64,000 nt of DNA. It comes from Macrostomum hystrix. Taxonomy: Eukaryota > Animalia > Platyhelminthes. Numbering within the stretch: the first letter of the stretch is position 1; each line of letters opens with the position of its first letter. Where the stretch lies: NCBI GenBank assembly GCA_950097015.1, contig CATNEN010000038.1, forward strand, positions 7,564,001-7,628,000, read 5' to 3'. Of this stretch, positions 59,390 to 64,000 are shown one piece after another. The notes beneath the pieces are model-generated. The model was given only the letters and a program-made list of their open reading frames with translations, did no database searches and was not told where the DNA came from. The position numbers and the translations under genes are program-made.

Positions 59390-59530
59390 TGCCGCTCGAT
59401 TCCGCGGCGACGCGAGGCCACATTCATTTGGAGGCGCAGCCGCAGAGAGTGCTCAGTAGTCAGCCGAATGTGCAGAATTGCCTCCTCGCTGGCTGCGGGT
59501 CTACTGTCACCAAATGATGTACCATGGCTC
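59390..59530 (+). mobile_element. SINE family 1, internally deleted copy
   Basis: ctcgattccgcggcg...ggcgcagccgc is fused directly to the 3' part ggctgcgggtctactgtcaccaaatga. Confidence 0.7.
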
Positions 59531-60620
59531 AATTCCGTAAATAGAGCAATATTTGCTAATAATAAAAAGTAAGGCTCTATACTTGTGCTGGATATCTTCA
59601 GCATTGATCTGTTAAACTGCATGACTTTGGCAGCAATAAAAAACTGGCACTAGCCAAATCGGGTTGTTGAACCTTGGATGGATAGTTCTACTTCCAATGT
59701 AAATACATTAGTCACCTGGACAATTTATTGGGTCTATTGTGTATATTGGCTGCGATTAAATAAGTGGAACTTTCCATATGTTCATGGATTTTTGTATGCA
59801 ATCTTGGCATTGCGTGTCACCTCAACTGGTGTACTGTACATTGGCTGCGGACAGATGTGCGTGTTGATATACTAATTGGTAAACAAATAAACTGTTCTTC
59901 TGCACCCAGGGCCAAATGGTAAAACACTTGAGGCCTGACACTTGTTTGATTTAGTATAAACAAATTTTTTACTTGCAATTTAACTTTGCGACTGAAGCAA
60001 GCTTTCGCATTCAGGACATTGCTGTCGTAGGGGCTGAAAGCTCATGCTGTAATTATGCTTCAGCTGCTGCAGTTTGTTGACAGCATCGGGTCGCATTGGA
60101 TCGACATTCGCCTTTTTCTCTGCATGTCGGCAGTCTTTACTGGACTTCACGGCTGCGACAATCGTAAGAATTTGTGTGCAAAATTGATGGAATCCCAGAG
60201 GCCTAAACTACTGTTCGTGAAAATTATACATACGGATGAATAGGGAATATTCTAGAACATTGGAACAATTTGAACGATCTTTAAAAATTTACGCTTTGTC
60301 GCTATTCCGTGATGGCCACAGAAAAACAAACTCAATAAGTATTTTTCTGATGATTATAGGTAGAAAGAAACCTGTTTTCGTCATATTAGTCCTAATAAAC
60401 TGTTAGTCATCTAAATGCAGTGTACAGTTTAGTCCATGGACTCGAAAGGCTGTCAAAATCAGCCCAACATGTCTAGTGATGGGCGGTTTATTTTTGCTCA
60501 GGGACAACAGTTTTCCCGTTTGGCATAAAATTCCAAGTCCCGATCTCCAGCTCTATAGCTACTCGGCTACAAACATTATTTTATTTGTTTTTGTTTATTT
60601 TCCAACGCGTAAATTGAAAG

Positions 60621-62464
60621 AAATGATGAGGCCTTATCCCAATCCCAATCTGCCCCTTTTCAACCAGATAAACGCACCAACTCAACTATCGCCTGGAGAA
60701 CAATGCCGACAGAGTTAGAAAGCGATTCTGACAATAACCGCATCGTTAAAATTTTCTCTCTCCACACGCGATCAGCGGCAGCCGGGTGGAGACACGAGTG
60801 CTCTGCCGACTCGAGCACCTGGAGCTCATCAGAATTGCTTGAAATCGAACCCAATGTGAGTTGTGCCACAGACTAGACTCGATTACAAGATCGCGTGGGT
60901 CGCACATTTCTTAGTAAAGACAATTCGCTGCTCTTTGGATATCTCACAAAGGTCCCTGAGCTCGATTCCGCGGCAAGGCCACATTCATTTAGGGCGCAGC
61001 CGCGGAGAGAAGGCTTCATGGGGGCTTGTCGTGCAATCCCGAACCCCAAGGCTCACTGCCCGACGATGAGAAATCAGGGCAGATGTACATTCACTTTCAG
61101 CGTGTGTGTGCTGAGGTTCAGCGGAATGGGCAGAATTTTTCCACCATCTGCATGGGTCTCGAAATATAGCATTTAAGACAAGTGCTCTTTTGACGTCCTT
61201 TTACGATATTAGTTTTACAAATTGAAAACCTAATATAATCCAGGTGGAGTACCGAACCGAACTAAACTTATACCAGTCGTCCTTACCATTGGTCGGTCTA
61301 CGAACCTGGTGGACAGCCAGTGTTAGCCGAGCTGGTGCTAGAAGAATCGACCATCTGAAAGTTTGCTGCAAGGTGTGGTGCAATTCCACCTGGGCGGACA
61401 CGGTTACATCGGAGTGGCGAATTCCAAAGCCGAGCTGGTTTAGTCTTGGTGAGTCGCTTAAGTGCATGGATTAACGTTTGCTGTCCGCCCGCCATGATTT
61501 TGAGCGCATCTTACCCATAGACAGTTAGCGCGTAAATAATGTCTATGTCACACTTTAAATGTCTATGGCCTAAAGTTTTTGGCAGTTAAGCTTGGCAGCA
61601 AGTCGTGGCCATAGACAGTCTAGGCATGCAAAAATAATTTTGCGGTCTGCATGGCTAAAATCATGAATATACTCGTATTTTCCAACACGAAGCGATTGCA
61701 TGCTTAAATTTAATTGGAGTTTTAACCACCTAACTAGTTCGCAAAAGGTATAATATTTTTCTATCTCTGTCGCAGCGTCATTTAAAATCGTTACTTTTTT
61801 TTCATAAAACTACATTTTTTAGATTCCAATGCGATTGTTGTCGTTGCGGTCGTTCTACCCATCGTATTCTTGATTGCTGGCGTGGTACTCACTTCAGCAT
61901 TCTATCGATTGTGCGCTAGACAGGTATTTAAGCTTCTCTAAAAATATAAAATAACAACTAATGGTATATAAGATAAAGAATAATTTAATAAAAGCAAAGT
62001 AATAGATAACGTCCTTATAAGTAGCAGTGGTTCAATAAGATTTGAGTTATTTTCTAAGTTAACTCAAGTTAACTTGTAGTTAACCTCAGACCTAAAAAAA
62101 GAATTCCGTGATTTGGCAGAAAAATTCTGCGCACAGACGAAGCCGAAGCCGTAGTCAGTCGCGCGGTGAGACCTCCGAGTCGATGCTCAACGACTCACCC
62201 GCAACCGTTCCGGCCCAGCCCGCACCGCACAATGCAAACAAGTTTCCATGTCGCCACCAAATGCGCCGAAATTCTCGCCTGGGTGATAGTCAGTATATCG
62301 GCAGCAGCGTGGCTGACACAAACGTCTCTAGTGCCGAGGTTCGGTCGGAATATTCTTCCCAGGAAAATTGCACTTACTTAAACCAGGCCCACAGACTCGT
62401 AGTAGCAGACGACGATCACACCTACGAACCGGTGGTGCGAATTCTACCTGCCGCGGCTGTGTAA
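60621..62464 (+). CDS. Single-pass (type I-like) membrane protein, 3' exons; 5' end unresolved
   Basis: Phase-consistent exons 60621-60855, 61244-61448, 61823-61923 (TM helix AIVVVAVVLPIVFLIAGVVLTSAFY followed by RLCAR) and ~62120-62464 (cytoplasmic tail with QYIG, EYSS, TYLN, TYEPV). Confidence 0.65.
60948..61140 (+). mobile_element. SINE family 1 copy (intronic)
   Basis: aaggtccctgagctcgattccgcgg...gggcgcagccgcggagagaaggc...cgacgatgagaaatcagggcagatgtaca. Confidence 0.8.
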
Positions 62465-62805
62465 GTGTGGCGCTGACTGACTGTACGGGCAAGTCAAGGA
62501 GAGAGTAACTCGCACACTATTTATTGTACATAAAATCTTGTTGGTTGGCTAAGTTAACTCAGCTATCGTTATTTCTGTCTCTTTTTTCTACTATACTTCT
62601 TGGTTGTACTCTGAAAGTTATTCACTTTTTATAGATTATACATTTATATTGCTGTCATTTTATTTAGATAAGTTGAAGTACGAGTATGATAGTAGGAATT
62701 GCACCACATCCAGAATATTTTGGCCACTATACCATTATGCATCAATAGAAACGTTTTGGTAATATCGCGGAATATGCATGTGTATAAATCTATCATAAGG
62801 AATTA

Positions 62806-62928
62806 TTGGCAGAGCAGTCAACGCTTTTACCACTCGCACTCAAGACCATGAGCTCGATTCCGCGAGTTTTAATTGATTTAGGCGAAGTCACGGAGAGGAG
62901 GCATGGGGGCTTGAAGTGCAATTTACGT
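62806..62928 (+). mobile_element. SINE family 1, 5' fragment
   Basis: tggcagagcagtcaacgc...gagctcgattccgcg...cggagag...gtgcaatttacg. Confidence 0.65.
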
Positions 62929-64000
62929 GCCGTTAACATTTGAGCAAAAAAATTAATCATGCAACCATATCGGCTATTAATTATTGTTGATTATGTTGTT
63001 GATTGTTTTGAATGATAAATGAACAATTTTGGGTTCGCGATAAAGCTTTATACAGAGCTAGTAGTCTTTGTCACCAGGGTATTCGACAGGAATCGCTGAC
63101 TAGCTCGACGATGTCGACTTAGGCTAAATTATGCTTCGACTTCGGCATAATTTTATAGCAAATGTACATGCAAATAGTTTCATTTGACCTGTCCCGAACA
63201 GTATTTTATATTTTAGCTTATGAGTTTCCTTGCGCTTGTCTAAGATCGTCAGACAATTTCCTTGATGATTTGGCTATTTTTTACTATGCATCGTGGTAAT
63301 ACGAATTTAGTATTTTGTGACCTAATTCTTACTGTGAGCCTGTAATTTGTAACAAATAATTTTCACTTCGATTTCTTTCGCTTTTGTACAGTACTTCTAA
63401 TTATATACATATATGGTGCTAATTTCGATCGTGAGTACATTGCGTGCTGTTATTTATCGTCAGAGGTTAACTCTAACTGCTCAAATTGAACGCAATAAAT
63501 GTAGCATATTTTTCGAGTGTAATCATCTGTAGTTGTAGGGCCGGTATGATCTTGATTCCAAACATAAACGTTGAGATTGAAATTCAACAACGCAAAATTT
63601 TCCGTTCCGTTACTCTCAAAATATATATAAATTACCTTGTCAATAATAAACCATCCGCATGTATTCATGTGTGTGTAGGAGTAAAATGATTTGATTTGAT
63701 TTTTCAAAAGCTAAGTAAATGCGTTAACTCTATAGTGATCTTCTTTATTTGCAAAAATATTTAACAGCCTGCGTCGGTTTTAAGAAAAAATCAACCTTTA
63801 CTTTTTAGGAAAGACTGCATTGTATTGTAAGTCTTGGGCTCATTTTCCTTTTGAGGTGCATTTTTAATTTACGATAGAAACGAAAATGCAGGGCTGTTTC
63901 GTTCTAACATCGCGATATAACATGCAAAAGGACGCATTTGCATCGATCTATAACATGTTAGATGTTGCGTGTAAAATATTCTTATTCCAAGAAAAAAATA

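Overview
Eukaryotic (metazoan) genomic DNA with GC-rich exons, AT-rich introns and many minisatellites. The style resembles a free-living flatworm such as Macrostomum, but that is an inference only. Genes reconstructed by hand from GT-AG boundaries and reading-frame phase: (1) an intronless ~2990-aa sacsin-like gene on the minus strand, with only two SRR/HATPase repeats, a J-like region lacking HPD, and a C-terminal HEPN domain; (2) a 6-exon FAM47-family gene on the minus strand, head-to-head with (3) a ~10-exon SLK/STK10 Ste20-family kinase on the plus strand, whose 10.5-kb intron holds a phase-compatible alternative first exon predicting a myristoylated, kinase-less coiled-coil isoform; (4) a 4-exon secreted protein with a PAN-like domain and an ALK/LTK-type glycine-rich domain (minus); (5) an IMMP2L-like inner-membrane peptidase (plus); (6) a partly resolved single-pass membrane protein with a Tyr-motif tail (plus). 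Mobile DNA includes a solo LTR with a 4-bp TSD, an internally deleted Tc1/mariner element with TIRs, an RTE-like LINE 3' fragment, two tRNA-derived SINE families (about 10 and 6 copies), and more than 12 unrelated minisatellites. One minisatellite appears to be an amplified SINE A-box. No rRNA, intact tRNA or CRISPR array was found.
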